In this document: positions 21,640 through 32,793 of the stretch, one piece after another | Numbering within the stretch: the stretch's first letter is position 1 | Layout of the letters: each line of letters begins with the position of its first letter | Assembly: GCA_902525635.1 (NCBI GenBank) | Contig: CABZHV010000001.1 | Coordinates: 4,640 to 68,639, forward strand | Direction: 5' to 3' | DNA: 64,000 bases | DNA from: an uncultured SAR86 cluster bacterium | GTDB lineage: Bacteria; Pseudomonadota; Gammaproteobacteria; Magnimaribacterales; D2472 | Program-made: the position numbers and the translations under genes | Notes under the pieces: model-generated | What the model saw: only the letters and a program-made list of their open reading frames with translations | Database searches by the model: none | Told to the model about the DNA's origin: nothing

Positions 21640-23105
21640 AAAGCTCGTATAGCAATTTTTATTATTTGTCCTGGCATGAGAGTAGGCTGATGAAAGTTAT
21701 TTATTTCTTCAATGCTATTAATTGTTACATCAAATAGTTCAGATATTTTAAAAAGATTATCTCCTTGTTTGACAGAATACAAAATAGTTCTTTTTCTTGA
21801 TTCTATATTTCTATAAATATTTTTATTTCCTATAGATAATTGTTGACCAAGTTGTAAATATTCATTTCGATTCAGAGAATTCATTCTGGCCAAATCTCTT
21901 ACATCTAGATTGTATTTTTTTGCAATTCCCCATAGTGTGTCTCCCTCTGAGACGATATACATTTGAAATGGAATGAAATCATTTGATTTAGTTTTACCAA
22001 GAGGAATTAGCAGAGTATCGTTTATTGATAAAATATCATTATTTAAATAATTAACTTCTTTTATGATATTTACTTCTGTATCAAATTTTATCGAAAGGTC
22101 CCAAAGATTATCTCCTCTCTTAACTGTATGTGTAATCCAATTTATATTACTGGCATTGTTGAATGGATTCTCTTGGCTTACAAATTGAGTATATTTCTCT
22201 TTGGGTATGAAAAATATACTTTTATCTTTTGGAGCTGATGCCCATTTTGTATATCCAGCATTTAATTTGTACAAAAGTTCAGGCTTAATTTCTAAAAACT
22301 CACTTAAGGCTAATATTTCTACCTGGCCATCTATTATTATTTTCTCTACAACTGGTTCATAGGGTATTTTTGGCATTTTAAGATCATATACCTCAGAATT
22401 AAAAATTAATTCTCTTAATGCAAGATATTTAGGAACATAATTTTTTGTTTGTAATGGCAAGTTAATTGACCAATAATCAAAATTATCTCCTTTTCTTTTA
22501 TTTTGACTAATTCTTCTATCAACAAGAGAGGGCCCAGCATTATATGCAGCTAATGTAAGATAAATATCTTTATCAAACCTGTCATATAAATATTTTAAAT
22601 ATCTCACGGCCGCTTCAGTTGACCTAAAAGGATCATGCCTATCTTCATTCCACCATGACTTATTAAGGTCATAGAGCCTTCCAGTTTTTGGCATGAACTG
22701 CCACATTCCAACTGCACCAGATGATGAAATTGAAAAAGGATCATAATTACTTTCTATGTAAGGAAGAATTGACAACTCAATTGGAAGATTATTTTTTTCT
22801 AGTTCATCAATTACAAAATATATAAAGTAATATGAGTCGTTTAAATATTCCTCAAACTTATCTAGATCTTTTAGATGGACATTCATATATGATAAGACTT
22901 GCTCAGTCAGAACTACTTCATTTTTTATATTATTATTTTGTAGAATATATTCCCAAATATCAGAATAAGTAACGTCTTTTGGAACCTGCTGATCAGAGTC
23001 TTCCTGAAAATGTAATTCAATAGATTTAGGTTCTTTGATTTCTAGCTGCTGACAACCAATAAAGAAAAATAATAAAAAAAATATTGTTAGAAGTTGTCTT
23101 TCCAT
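21636..23105 (-). CDS. mltD: Membrane-bound lytic murein transglycosylase D
   Basis: Lipobox FIGC, IESNY, GMWQFMP, AAYNAG, three C-terminal LysM repeats. Confidence 0.93.
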   Translation of the reverse strand: MERQLLTIFFLLFFFIGCQQLEIKEPKSIELHFQEDSDQQVPKDVTYSDIWEYILQNNNIKNEVVLTEQVLSYMNVHLKDLDKFEEYLNDSYYFIYFVIDELEKNNLPIELSILPYIESNYDPFSISSSGAVGMWQFMPKTGRLYDLNKSWWNEDRHDPFRSTEAAVRYLKYLYDRFDKDIYLTLAAYNAGPSLVDRRISQNKRKGDNFDYWSINLPLQTKNYVPKYLALRELIFNSEVYDLKMPKIPYEPVVEKIIIDGQVEILALSEFLEIKPELLYKLNAGYTKWASAPKDKSIFFIPKEKYTQFVSQENPFNNASNINWITHTVKRGDNLWDLSIKFDTEVNIIKEVNYLNNDILSINDTLLIPLGKTKSNDFIPFQMYIVSEGDTLWGIAKKYNLDVRDLARMNSLNRNEYLQLGQQLSIGNKNIYRNIESRKRTILYSVKQGDNLFKISELFDVTINSIEEINNFHQPTLMPGQIIKIAIRAF

Positions 23106-23857
23106 TTTCTTAGAGCAGTAAATATTTCTAAATCATTATCCTTTGCATCAAATTTTTTTATAATTCTATCTTTAATATCAGCATGGGAACATCTTAAAAA
23201 AGGATTTATTTTTAATTCTTTTTTTAAATTGGTGGGTAGTGTAGGAATATCAGACGAGCTCAAATTTTTTGCTTTAATATATTCACTTTTTAGCTCTTCA
23301 TTTTTTTGATCCACTTGCATTGCAAATTCTAAATTAGATAATGTATATTCATGACCACAAAAAACCTTTGTATTTTTTGGATATTCTGATAACTTTTTCA
23401 AAGCATTAAACATTTGTTCATAAGTACCTTCAAAAACTCGCCCACATCCTCCAGAAAATAAAGTGTCACCACAAAACAATAACGATTCATTTTCAAATAA
23501 CGAATAAAAAGCTATATGATCTAGTGTATGACCTGGAACTTCAGTTACTTCAAAGTTAATTCCAATAACTGAAAATTTATCATTTTCTTTGACTACATTA
23601 TTAACTCCATCAATACTGCTATTTGGTCCAAATACTTCTAGCTTTTTCTTTTTGACTAAATCTTTCAATCCATTTGTATGATCAAAATGATGATGCGTAA
23701 TAAGAACTCCCTTTAAATCAATTTGATTTTGATCAATTAGTTTTAAGATTTCAGTCGATTCACCAGGGTCAATGACTATTGACCCTTCATTAGTTGACAC
23801 TAACCAAATATAATTGTCTTGGTATGCTTTTATTGGTTCAATTCTTAACATATGCAA
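23087..23857 (-). CDS. gloB: Hydroxyacylglutathione hydrolase
   Basis: THHHFDH, PGHT, GDTLF.GGCGR, GHEYT, NPFLR. Confidence 0.96.
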   Translation of the reverse strand: MHMLRIEPIKAYQDNYIWLVSTNEGSIVIDPGESTEILKLIDQNQIDLKGVLITHHHFDHTNGLKDLVKKKKLEVFGPNSSIDGVNNVVKENDKFSVIGINFEVTEVPGHTLDHIAFYSLFENESLLFCGDTLFSGGCGRVFEGTYEQMFNALKKLSEYPKNTKVFCGHEYTLSNLEFAMQVDQKNEELKSEYIKAKNLSSSDIPTLPTNLKKELKINPFLRCSHADIKDRIIKKFDAKDNDLEIFTALRKWKDNF

Positions 23858-23873
23858 ATTCTAATTTAAATTT

Positions 23874-24305
23874 ATGAAAACAGTAAATATTTATACAGAT
23901 GGAGCGTGCAGAGGCAATCCCGGCGATGGTGGATGGGGAGTGTTAATTGAATACGAAAATTTTTCAAAAGAATATTTTGGTGGTGAGAAAAATACAACAA
24001 ACAATAAAATGGAGCTCAAAGCAGCAATTGAAGGATTAAAAGCATTAAAAGAGACATGTGAGGTTCATATAACTACTGATTCAAAATATGTGATGGATGG
24101 GATTACGTCATGGATCCAGAATTGGAAAAAAAATAATTGGATGAATTCATCAAAAAAAGAAGTTAAAAATAAAGATTTATGGATTGAACTTGATGAATTA
24201 ACATCAAGGCATAATATAAAATGGAATTGGGTTAAGGGCCATTCAGGTCACAAAAAAAACGAGATAGCTGATTTTCTTGCAAATAAAGGAATAGATAATC
24301 TTTAA
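23874..24305 (+). CDS. rnhA: Ribonuclease HI
   Basis: TDGACRGNPG, TTNNKMEL, WVKGHSG. Confidence 0.97.
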   Translation: MKTVNIYTDGACRGNPGDGGWGVLIEYENFSKEYFGGEKNTTNNKMELKAAIEGLKALKETCEVHITTDSKYVMDGITSWIQNWKKNNWMNSSKKEVKNKDLWIELDELTSRHNIKWNWVKGHSGHKKNEIADFLANKGIDNL

Positions 24306-24307
24306 TT

Positions 24308-25030
24308 ATGGCTAAGAAATATATTGTTTTGGATACAGAGACAACTGGATTGGAGGTCAATCAAGGCCACAGAGTTATTGAGATAGGAGCAGTTCTTTTA
24401 AACGATCGAAAAAAATCTGAAGAGCATTTTCATAGTTATCTAAATCCTGCAAGATTAATTGATGAAGAGGCTTCAAAGGTCCACGGAATCACAAATGCTG
24501 ATTTGGAAGATAAACCTTTCTTTGATGAAATTGCAGAGGAATTTATCAGATTTATAGAGGGATCAACTTTAGTTATTCATAATGCACCATTTGACACTGG
24601 TTTTTTAAATAATGAATTAAAAATTGCTTCATCCAGTTATCCTGACTTAGAAGAAATATGCGAAATAGAAGATTCACTTATTATTGCTCGTAATAAATTT
24701 CCAGGGCAAAGAAATTCTCTAGATGCACTCGCAAATAGATTTAATGTTTCTGGATATGACAGAACCTTTCACGGGGCTTTACTAGATGCAAATATTTTAG
24801 CAGACGTATATATGCAACTTACGGGTGGACAAAGTAAGTTTGAATTTATATCTAATGGAGAATCTGTTCAGGAAAAGAATAAAAATTCAGAAAACATTAA
24901 TAATATTGATCGTATAGATAACCTTCCTAAAATAACTTTATCAAAATCTGAAATTGTAGAACATGAAAAAAGAATTGGCGAAATAGAAAAAAAACATTCT
25001 TTAGAAGCTTTATGGAGGAAGTTTCAATGA
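24308..25030 (+). CDS. dnaQ: DNA polymerase III epsilon subunit
   Basis: LDTETTG, HNAPFD, HGALLDA, TGGQ. Confidence 0.96.
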   Translation: MAKKYIVLDTETTGLEVNQGHRVIEIGAVLLNDRKKSEEHFHSYLNPARLIDEEASKVHGITNADLEDKPFFDEIAEEFIRFIEGSTLVIHNAPFDTGFLNNELKIASSSYPDLEEICEIEDSLIIARNKFPGQRNSLDALANRFNVSGYDRTFHGALLDANILADVYMQLTGGQSKFEFISNGESVQEKNKNSENINNIDRIDNLPKITLSKSEIVEHEKRIGEIEKKHSLEALWRKFQ

Positions 25031-26415
25031 AAAAAGTTATAACCAGATTCGCACCAAGTCCAACTGGCAAACTTCATATCGGTGGCGTTAGGACAGCTCT
25101 GTTTAATTTTGTATATGCCAGACAAAATAATGGTAAATTTTTAGTAAGGATCGAAGATACTGACAAAGAACGCTCAACAAAAGAATTTGAGAATAATATA
25201 TTAGAAAACTTATCATCACTTGGTTTGGTCCCAGATGAAGAGCCAATAAATCAATCTGAAAGAGATGAGATATATATAAAAGCTGCTGAAAAAATTTTGG
25301 AATCCGGGAATGCATATTGGTGTGATTGTTCAGCTGATGAATTAGAAAAAATGAGAAAAGAACAAACTGCGTTAGGTAAAAAACCAATGTATGACGGAAG
25401 AAGCAGAAATCTTGGGCTAAGTCGATCAGACAAAACAGTGCTAAGACTTGCGACACCTGAAAATGGAGAAGTAATTGTAAATGATCTTATTAGAGGAGAA
25501 ATACGATTTAATAATAATGAATTAGATGACTTGATACTTTTGAGAAGTAATGGTTCCCCAACATATCATTTATGTAATGTTGTTGATGATTATGAGCAGA
25601 GTGTCACAACAGTCATTAGAGGTGAAGATCACATTAGTAATACCCCAAGACAAATACATATTCAGAATGCTCTTGGTTATCCTTCACTTGAGTATGCTCA
25701 CTTACCATTAGTTTTAGGAACTGATAAAAAAAGACTCTCAAAGAGAAATGCTGCAACCAGTCTGGAAGAATATAAAGAAAAAGGATATCTAGATACTGCT
25801 ATTTTAAATAGTTTAGCAAGATTAGGCTGGTCACAAGGAGATAAAGAAGTTTTTTATCTTGATGAATTAATAAAAGAATTTAAACTTGAAGATGTTCAAA
25901 AAGCTGGCGCTATTTTTGATATATCAAAACTAGATTGGCTTAACTCACAACATTTATCAAATCTAACCCTTGATGAGTTTAAGCAGAAGCTTAAGCCTTT
26001 TCTAAAAAATCTTAATATTGATATAGAAGCTCATTTGAATGTAGATAAACTCATTGAATCAATGAGAACAAGTGAAAACACACTTTCAGGTATCAGTGCT
26101 GCTTTAGAGCCATATTACAAAGACATAAAAATGTATGACGAAAAAGCAATTGAAAAATTTATCAAAGATAAGTCTAGGCTAGTTGAGTTAAGAACTTTAT
26201 TAAATGATATCGATAATTGGAATCAAGAAACAATTGAAAATGTTTTAAAAGATTTTCAAGTCAAAAATGAGCTTTCAGTACCTGCAGTTAATCAACCAAT
26301 TAGAATATCCTTGGTAGGCTCAACAAAATCTCCAGGATTGGGACTTACCCTGTCTATTTTCGATAAAAATCAAGCATTAAAAAGAATAGATAACTTAATT
26401 AGCCATTTAGGCTGA
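25027..26415 (+). CDS. gltX: Glutamate--tRNA ligase
   Basis: RFAPSPTG, HIGG, IRGEDH, RLSKR; ATGA overlap with dnaQ. Confidence 0.97.
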   Translation: MKKVITRFAPSPTGKLHIGGVRTALFNFVYARQNNGKFLVRIEDTDKERSTKEFENNILENLSSLGLVPDEEPINQSERDEIYIKAAEKILESGNAYWCDCSADELEKMRKEQTALGKKPMYDGRSRNLGLSRSDKTVLRLATPENGEVIVNDLIRGEIRFNNNELDDLILLRSNGSPTYHLCNVVDDYEQSVTTVIRGEDHISNTPRQIHIQNALGYPSLEYAHLPLVLGTDKKRLSKRNAATSLEEYKEKGYLDTAILNSLARLGWSQGDKEVFYLDELIKEFKLEDVQKAGAIFDISKLDWLNSQHLSNLTLDEFKQKLKPFLKNLNIDIEAHLNVDKLIESMRTSENTLSGISAALEPYYKDIKMYDEKAIEKFIKDKSRLVELRTLLNDIDNWNQETIENVLKDFQVKNELSVPAVNQPIRISLVGSTKSPGLGLTLSIFDKNQALKRIDNLISHLG

Positions 26416-26523
26416 TGTAAACATCAAGAATTTTTATCTAAAAAATATTAACAAAAGTAGACAGATAAACACTCAAATGCCTATAATGTTCAAGCTAAAA
26501 CTAGTTTTTTTAAAGGGGATACT

Positions 26524-29500
26524 ATGAAAAACGTTAAATTTTTATGTTCGCTACTACTGTTGATACCTTTTGCATTGGTAGCACAAGAGAGCACTGACTC
26601 TGATACAGACTCTGATGTTGAAGAAGTTGTTGTTGTGGGATCACAGATTAAAGGGGCTTCAATTACAGCAGCTTTACCAGTTACCGTTTTATCTGCCGAA
26701 GATATTGAAGCACTTGGTGTAAGTGATGGTGAAGAACTTGTAGAAGGTTTGGTAGAGCAGGGTATGAATTTCTTCAATGAGCAAGAGAGAGCCTCCGGCG
26801 GTGTGAATGCTGGTAGGGGTGATACAGGTGCTTACAACTTAAGAAACATGGGTGTTGGAAATACTCTTACTTTGCTTAATGGGAGAAGAATGGTAAATAA
26901 TGCAGGCTATCAAACTGAATTTATCGGTGGTGATTTTGTTCCAACTGTTACCGTTAATACAAACTTAATTCCTACCAATGGCTTAGATAGATTAGAAATT
27001 TTAAGAGATGGTGCTTCAGCTATTTATGGTGCTGACGCTGTTGCGGGTGTTGTAAACAATGTTTTACAAACCGATTACGATGGCTCAAGTCTAGCAGTTA
27101 GAGTAACTGGATATGAGCACTTTGACGCACAAAATTACGATATCAGTTATAAGTTTGGTACAGATTTCAATGATGGTGCAACAAACATTTCACTTTTTGC
27201 ACGATATAGAGATCGGGGAAATATATCAGCTAGTGAAGATGAAAGATGGTACAGCCAAGATTATAGAAGGTACCTTGCAGATGACTCTCCTTTCAACGTA
27301 AGTGCGATGAATAATACAAGTACTTATGGTTGGTTTCAACTCGATTTAAGAAGTAGGGGCGTAGGTGAAGCATGGCATGCTTCAAATGATGGTGAAACTG
27401 AATTAGCTGATGCTACAGATCCAAGAGGTGGGGCTGCACTTTGTGCTTTACCAGGTGCTGTGAGTACTGGCTTTGGAACATGTATGTTTGATACAAACCT
27501 CGGTGATAATAGATCAAATCAAAGAGGCATGGGAGATTATCGTGGTGATATGAAAAGATCACAGATATTCCTATTTACAAATCATGAGTTTGAAAACGGG
27601 GTTGAATTATTTAACGAAGTAGGTTACTACCAATCAGAGACATTTAGAAGAATTTCAGCTGGTAGTTTTAGATCTTCAATGTATTCAATACCTGGTGATT
27701 ACTATTGGTTCTCACAATTGCCTGAATCAATAGGATTTCCAACAAGTAGCTCTGTAGGCATCGATGGTTGGAGACCATTTAACTTAAACAGAGAAATTAG
27801 TGTTGACAAGCATAGTACTAGATTTGTGCTTGGTTTAAGAGGAACCACTAAAAATGGTTGGGATTGGGAAACAGCTATTGTTAATGCAGATGCAAAGAGT
27901 GTTGATGCTGCTGCAAATAGAATTACCTATGAAGCACTATATGAACAATTTTATGGTGACGTATCAACAACTGCTGATGCTTTCAATATTTTTGATACAA
28001 ACTGGGAAACTAATAATGGTGATAATATTTTAACTACTATTTACAGAAGAGATAAATCAAGCTTGGACATGTTTGATTTTAAAATTAGTAACGATGAGGT
28101 ATTTGAACTACCAGCTGGGCCTGTAGGTATGTTGATCGGCTATGAAAGAAGAAAAGAATCATATACTGATGATAGAGATCCATACTTAGATGGAACTATT
28201 ACAAACCAAGATTGTTGTGGTGTAACCAGTGCAACAAGATCTCATCCATTCACTTCAGGTGTTTTAGGATCAAGTCCAACGGTTGATGTTACTGGTGTTA
28301 AAAGAGTAACCTCTGCATTTATAGAGATGCTAATTCCTATAACAGAAAAATTTGACGCACAGGTTGCGATTCGAAACGAAGATTTCTCTGACACAGAATC
28401 AACAACAGTTGGAAGAATTGCTTTAGGCTATACAGTAAATGACATGATTAAGTTGAGAGGTTCTGTATCTACTTCATATAGATCTCCTAATATATTACAA
28501 CTAAATCAACCTTATGTTACTAGGTCTGGTACAAGAGTTGACGCTGTACAAGAATACAGAATGTATAAAAATAATAATGATCAAAGACCATCTTCTGGAA
28601 GTGGGTTCAGTTCAGATTACACAATATTTACATTGCACTATAGATTAGGTAATCCTGATTTAAAACCAGAGGAATCTGATAATGCTACATTTGGAGTTGT
28701 TATTACTCCTACTGACGCTCTTACACTAACTATAGATACTTGGAGCATTGAAAAAGATAATACTATTGGCCTTTTCGGTAGAGCTAATTCTAGTGTCTAT
28801 GACCTTCTTTTAAGAATTAATCAAGGTATTGGAGGCGCAACCACTGTTTCAGAAATGTTAGCCTTTTGTGAAGGTAAAAATATTTTAAATGATCAATTTG
28901 ATAAATATGCTCTTGATGGTTCATATGTTCTTAGAGATGCTGATCCTTCAAGCTCCTTTAATGAAGAGTTTTTTAACGCTGGAATATGTCCTGCAGGACA
29001 ACAAGATACCATTTACGAGCCATATCAAAACTTAGCTTTAAGAACAGTTGAGGGTACAGATATCGCAGTATATTATGATCTTGAAACTTCTTTTGGAGAC
29101 TTTAAATTCACATTACAAAACTCAGTTACTGATAAGTTTGAACAGACTCCAAGTGCAACTTATGGTGTTATCAGTGCAGCTGTTGCTGATGGTACATTAC
29201 CACCATATACAGTAATAGAAGGTTATGGTGATTTAATTAAAAATGAGAACATTGGAACTGATGAAAAAACTACCCTGAAAGTTAACTATAGAAATGGTGA
29301 CTATGGAGCAACTTTGTCAGTTCTAAAATTAGGTGAACTTTTTGACAATGGTGTAAAAAGTGATGATGGTCAAGTTTATGTAATACCTTCAATGACTACT
29401 GCAAACTTAAGTGTTTATAAAAATCTTACTCTAAATGGTAATGATGCAAGATTAAGATTTATGATTAGAAATATTGCTGATGAAAGAGCTCCATTAGCTG

Positions 29501-29580
29501 ACGGGTGGTTTGGATTCTACTCTGATCTCCATAGAGATGATGGAAGACATTACTACATTGATCTTAAAATGGATTTCTAA
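26524..29580 (+). CDS. TonB-dependent receptor (1018 aa)
   Basis: Signal peptide, TonB box EEVVVVG, plug motifs LLNGRR and RLEILRDGASAIYGADAVAGVVN, C-terminal Phe. Confidence 0.95.
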   Translation: MKNVKFLCSLLLLIPFALVAQESTDSDTDSDVEEVVVVGSQIKGASITAALPVTVLSAEDIEALGVSDGEELVEGLVEQGMNFFNEQERASGGVNAGRGDTGAYNLRNMGVGNTLTLLNGRRMVNNAGYQTEFIGGDFVPTVTVNTNLIPTNGLDRLEILRDGASAIYGADAVAGVVNNVLQTDYDGSSLAVRVTGYEHFDAQNYDISYKFGTDFNDGATNISLFARYRDRGNISASEDERWYSQDYRRYLADDSPFNVSAMNNTSTYGWFQLDLRSRGVGEAWHASNDGETELADATDPRGGAALCALPGAVSTGFGTCMFDTNLGDNRSNQRGMGDYRGDMKRSQIFLFTNHEFENGVELFNEVGYYQSETFRRISAGSFRSSMYSIPGDYYWFSQLPESIGFPTSSSVGIDGWRPFNLNREISVDKHSTRFVLGLRGTTKNGWDWETAIVNADAKSVDAAANRITYEALYEQFYGDVSTTADAFNIFDTNWETNNGDNILTTIYRRDKSSLDMFDFKISNDEVFELPAGPVGMLIGYERRKESYTDDRDPYLDGTITNQDCCGVTSATRSHPFTSGVLGSSPTVDVTGVKRVTSAFIEMLIPITEKFDAQVAIRNEDFSDTESTTVGRIALGYTVNDMIKLRGSVSTSYRSPNILQLNQPYVTRSGTRVDAVQEYRMYKNNNDQRPSSGSGFSSDYTIFTLHYRLGNPDLKPEESDNATFGVVITPTDALTLTIDTWSIEKDNTIGLFGRANSSVYDLLLRINQGIGGATTVSEMLAFCEGKNILNDQFDKYALDGSYVLRDADPSSSFNEEFFNAGICPAGQQDTIYEPYQNLALRTVEGTDIAVYYDLETSFGDFKFTLQNSVTDKFEQTPSATYGVISAAVADGTLPPYTVIEGYGDLIKNENIGTDEKTTLKVNYRNGDYGATLSVLKLGELFDNGVKSDDGQVYVIPSMTTANLSVYKNLTLNGNDARLRFMIRNIADERAPLADGWFGFYSDLHRDDGRHYYIDLKMDF

Positions 29581-29593
29581 ATTCTTATAAACT

Positions 29594-29624
29594 AAAAAGG
29601 GAGTTATATAACTCCCTTTTTTTT
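29594..29624 (+). terminator. Rho-independent terminator between the receptor and the DASS transporter
   Basis: AAAAAGGGAGTTATATAACTCCCTTTTTTTT inverted repeat plus U-tract. Confidence 0.88.
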
Positions 29625-29640
29625 AATCTATAATTAATCC

Positions 29641-31077
29641 ATGGCAGCATACAAAAAAAAGGGATTCTCAATAGGAATATTTATATTTCTGGTTATGCAG
29701 TTTATGTCTCCCCCTTCTGGTTTAAGTGAAGTTGGATGGGATGTTGCTTCTGTAGCAGTTCTAATGGCAATATGGTGGGCAACAGAAACAGTTCCAGTTG
29801 CAATCACTGCACTTCTTCCGCTTGCTCTTTTCCCTCTTCTGGATGTTACTTCCTTTGATAATGCTGCACTTCCATATGCTAATAAGAACATTTATTTGTT
29901 CTTAGGTGGCTTTATGCTTGCACTCGGTATTGAAAGTTCAGGATTACATAAAAGAATTGCTCTTAAAATGATTATTTCAGTTGGCTCAAGTGGAAGAAAG
30001 CTTGTTGGAGGCTTTATGCTGGTAGCAGCATTAATTAGTATGTGGGTAATGAATACCTCTACAACATTAATGTTACTTCCAATTGGATTAGCGGTCTGCA
30101 CTGTCATGTCAGAAACTATTCCTGGTTTATCAGAAAAAGATAAATCAAATTTTGACACAGCTCTGCTTCTTGGAATCGCATACGCTGCAACAATCGGCGG
30201 TATGTCAACATTGATCGGAACAGCTCCAAATATTGTTTTCAGTGCCTTTATGCAAGATACCTATGGTGTTGAAATCTCAATGTTTGATTGGATGATGTTA
30301 GGGGTACCTCTAGCCTCGATCATGCTTTTTGGTGCATGGACATTACTAACAAAATATGTATTTCCAATTACCTTTACTGCTTCAACTGAAGCAAGAGATG
30401 AGCTAAAAAAAATGCTTTTAAATATGGGAGAATTTTCTAAAGACGAAAAGAGAATTTCTATAATCTTTGGCTTGGCAGTTTTTGCATGGGTTTTCAGAAC
30501 ATTGTTGAATAAAATTGATTTTTTGTCTGGACTTACTGATGCAGGGATTGCAATTATTGCAGCAATTTTAATTTTTATGACGCCATCTGCATCTAAAAAA
30601 GGCGATTTATTAAAATGGGAGCGATCAAAAGACCTCCCATGGGGACTCTTAATTTTGTTTGGTGGTGGTTTGTCACTTGCTGCTCAAATAAGCTCAAGCG
30701 GTCTTGGAGTTTGGATTGGAAACAGTCTTTTAGTTTTGAGTTCAGTTCCACCAATATTACTAATCTTGGCAGTCGCAACTTTAATTATTTTCTTAACTGA
30801 AATCACAAGTAATGTAACTACCACGACAACCTTCTTACCTGTTTTTGGAGCTCTTGCAATTGCTATTGGTATACTACCCGTATCATTAACAGTTCCAGTT
30901 TGCCTTGCAGCAAGTTGTGCTTTCATGCTTCCGGTTGCGACTCCACCAAATGCTATTGTTTATGGTTCTAATAAGTTTACTATCGCAACAATGATGAGAG
31001 CTGGCTTTGCACTTAATATCATTGGCATACTAGTTGTTACAGTATTTGCTTATTATTTTGCTCCTTTAATTTTTTAA
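29641..31077 (+). CDS. DASS/SLC13 sodium:di/tricarboxylate (or sulfate) symporter
   Basis: SMWVMNTSTT, GTAPN, TEITSNVTT, AFMLPVATPPNAIV. Confidence 0.92.
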   Translation: MAAYKKKGFSIGIFIFLVMQFMSPPSGLSEVGWDVASVAVLMAIWWATETVPVAITALLPLALFPLLDVTSFDNAALPYANKNIYLFLGGFMLALGIESSGLHKRIALKMIISVGSSGRKLVGGFMLVAALISMWVMNTSTTLMLLPIGLAVCTVMSETIPGLSEKDKSNFDTALLLGIAYAATIGGMSTLIGTAPNIVFSAFMQDTYGVEISMFDWMMLGVPLASIMLFGAWTLLTKYVFPITFTASTEARDELKKMLLNMGEFSKDEKRISIIFGLAVFAWVFRTLLNKIDFLSGLTDAGIAIIAAILIFMTPSASKKGDLLKWERSKDLPWGLLILFGGGLSLAAQISSSGLGVWIGNSLLVLSSVPPILLILAVATLIIFLTEITSNVTTTTTFLPVFGALAIAIGILPVSLTVPVCLAASCAFMLPVATPPNAIVYGSNKFTIATMMRAGFALNIIGILVVTVFAYYFAPLIF

Positions 31078-31080
31078 GTT

Positions 31081-32793
31081 TTGAGAAATTTATTAATTAC
31101 ATTTTTATTTGTTTCTTCTTTAAATAGTACAGATTACATAGATTATTTACATCCTTTTCATCCTACCAAAAGTAAGGAAGGGATGGTGGTAAGTCAAAGC
31201 GCTCTTTCTTCAGATATTGGAGTAAAAATACTTGATATGGGAGGGAATGCAGTTGATGCTGCAGTTGCAGTAGGATTTTCTCTAGCAATTACTTTGCCTA
31301 GAGCAGGAAATCTAGGTGGCGGCGGCTTTATGTTGATTTATTTAAAAGAAAGAGATGAAATTTTTTATATAGATTACAGAAGCAAATCTCCAAGAAACTC
31401 ATCAATCGAGAAATTACTTGGAACAAAAAAAATTCCAGAAAGAAATTCTAAGTTATGGGAAAGAGTTGATTACACATATCTTGCATCTGCCGTACCTGGA
31501 ACAGTGTATGGACTTTTAGAAGCTCATAAAAATTTTGGATCATTAAATCTAGAACAAATTATGCAACCAGTTATTGAACAGGCAGAACAAGGTATTGTTG
31601 TTTCTAGTGATTTAAATTACGTGATTGAAGTAACACCACAAATTAGGGCAGATAAGGAATCTTTTTCTATATTTTTTAAAGATGGAAAAGCACTAAAAGA
31701 ATCTTCCGTCATGAAAAGACCTGACTTAGCTAACACATTTAAAGAAATATCAAAAAATGGAACTAAGGGCTTTTACGAAGGGGTAGTTGCAGAAAAAATT
31801 GTAAAAGCAATGAATGAAAATAATGGCTTAATTACAAGTGAAGATCTAAAAAACTATAAATCATTTTTTAGAATGCCGATTGCAATAAATTATAAAGGCT
31901 ATAAAGTTTTCACGGCTGCACCCCCATCAGGAGGCGGAATAACACTACTTACTGCTTTGAGCATTCTGAATAATATTGATATAAAAAAATATAAAAGTGA
32001 TTCTACAAAAACCTATCATTTTCTTGCTGAATCCTTGAGACGAGGTCATAACAATAGATCGCATTTCGTTGGAGATCCAGACTACTTTGATGTGCCAATT
32101 TCTGATCTTCTTTCAAAAAATAGAATTGCAGAGTTGTTCAAAACAATTGATTCTAATAAATCAAGTTCAGTAGACCAAATAAAAGCATTTAAGCCAAGAA
32201 TAGAGGGCAAGGACACAACGCATTTCTCTATTATTGATAAAGATGGCAATGCTGTATCAAATACTTATACATTAGGTTTATCATTTGGTTCTGGGGTAAC
32301 CATTCCAGATACAGGTATTTTAATGAATAGCCAGATGAATAATTTTGCATACAGATATGGTGAAAAAAATGTTCTAGGAAGAGTAGCAAGTCCTGGAAAT
32401 AGATTTGAACCAGGAAAAAAGCCAATGAGTACAATGTCTCCAACTATTATTTTTGATAAAGATGATGATCTTTTTTTGATTACAGGCTCACCAGGAGGAT
32501 CAGACATACCAGCTGCAATTTTAAGAGTTATTACTGGTGTTATTGACTTTGAGTTAGATATTGGAGAAGCGACAATGTTGCCAAGAATTCATAAGGATTG
32601 GCCATATACAGGTCTTGAACATGAAAGAGCTTTAAGTAGAGATACAATTAGAAGATTAAAAAGCATGGGTCATAAGACAGAATATGAAACGACCATTGGA
32701 AGTACACAAAGCATTCACGTTGTTGAAGGAATAAATAATGGCTTTGCAGATTTAAGAAGACCTAATGCTGGTGTAGCTGTTCAAACTAATTAA
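31081..32793 (+). CDS. ggt: Gamma-glutamyltransferase (TTG start)
   Basis: GGNAVDAAVA, GNLGGGGF, autoprocessing DTTHFS, P.STMSP, TGSPGG; signal peptide. Confidence 0.93.
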   Translation: MRNLLITFLFVSSLNSTDYIDYLHPFHPTKSKEGMVVSQSALSSDIGVKILDMGGNAVDAAVAVGFSLAITLPRAGNLGGGGFMLIYLKERDEIFYIDYRSKSPRNSSIEKLLGTKKIPERNSKLWERVDYTYLASAVPGTVYGLLEAHKNFGSLNLEQIMQPVIEQAEQGIVVSSDLNYVIEVTPQIRADKESFSIFFKDGKALKESSVMKRPDLANTFKEISKNGTKGFYEGVVAEKIVKAMNENNGLITSEDLKNYKSFFRMPIAINYKGYKVFTAAPPSGGGITLLTALSILNNIDIKKYKSDSTKTYHFLAESLRRGHNNRSHFVGDPDYFDVPISDLLSKNRIAELFKTIDSNKSSSVDQIKAFKPRIEGKDTTHFSIIDKDGNAVSNTYTLGLSFGSGVTIPDTGILMNSQMNNFAYRYGEKNVLGRVASPGNRFEPGKKPMSTMSPTIIFDKDDDLFLITGSPGGSDIPAAILRVITGVIDFELDIGEATMLPRIHKDWPYTGLEHERALSRDTIRRLKSMGHKTEYETTIGSTQSIHVVEGINNGFADLRRPNAGVAVQTN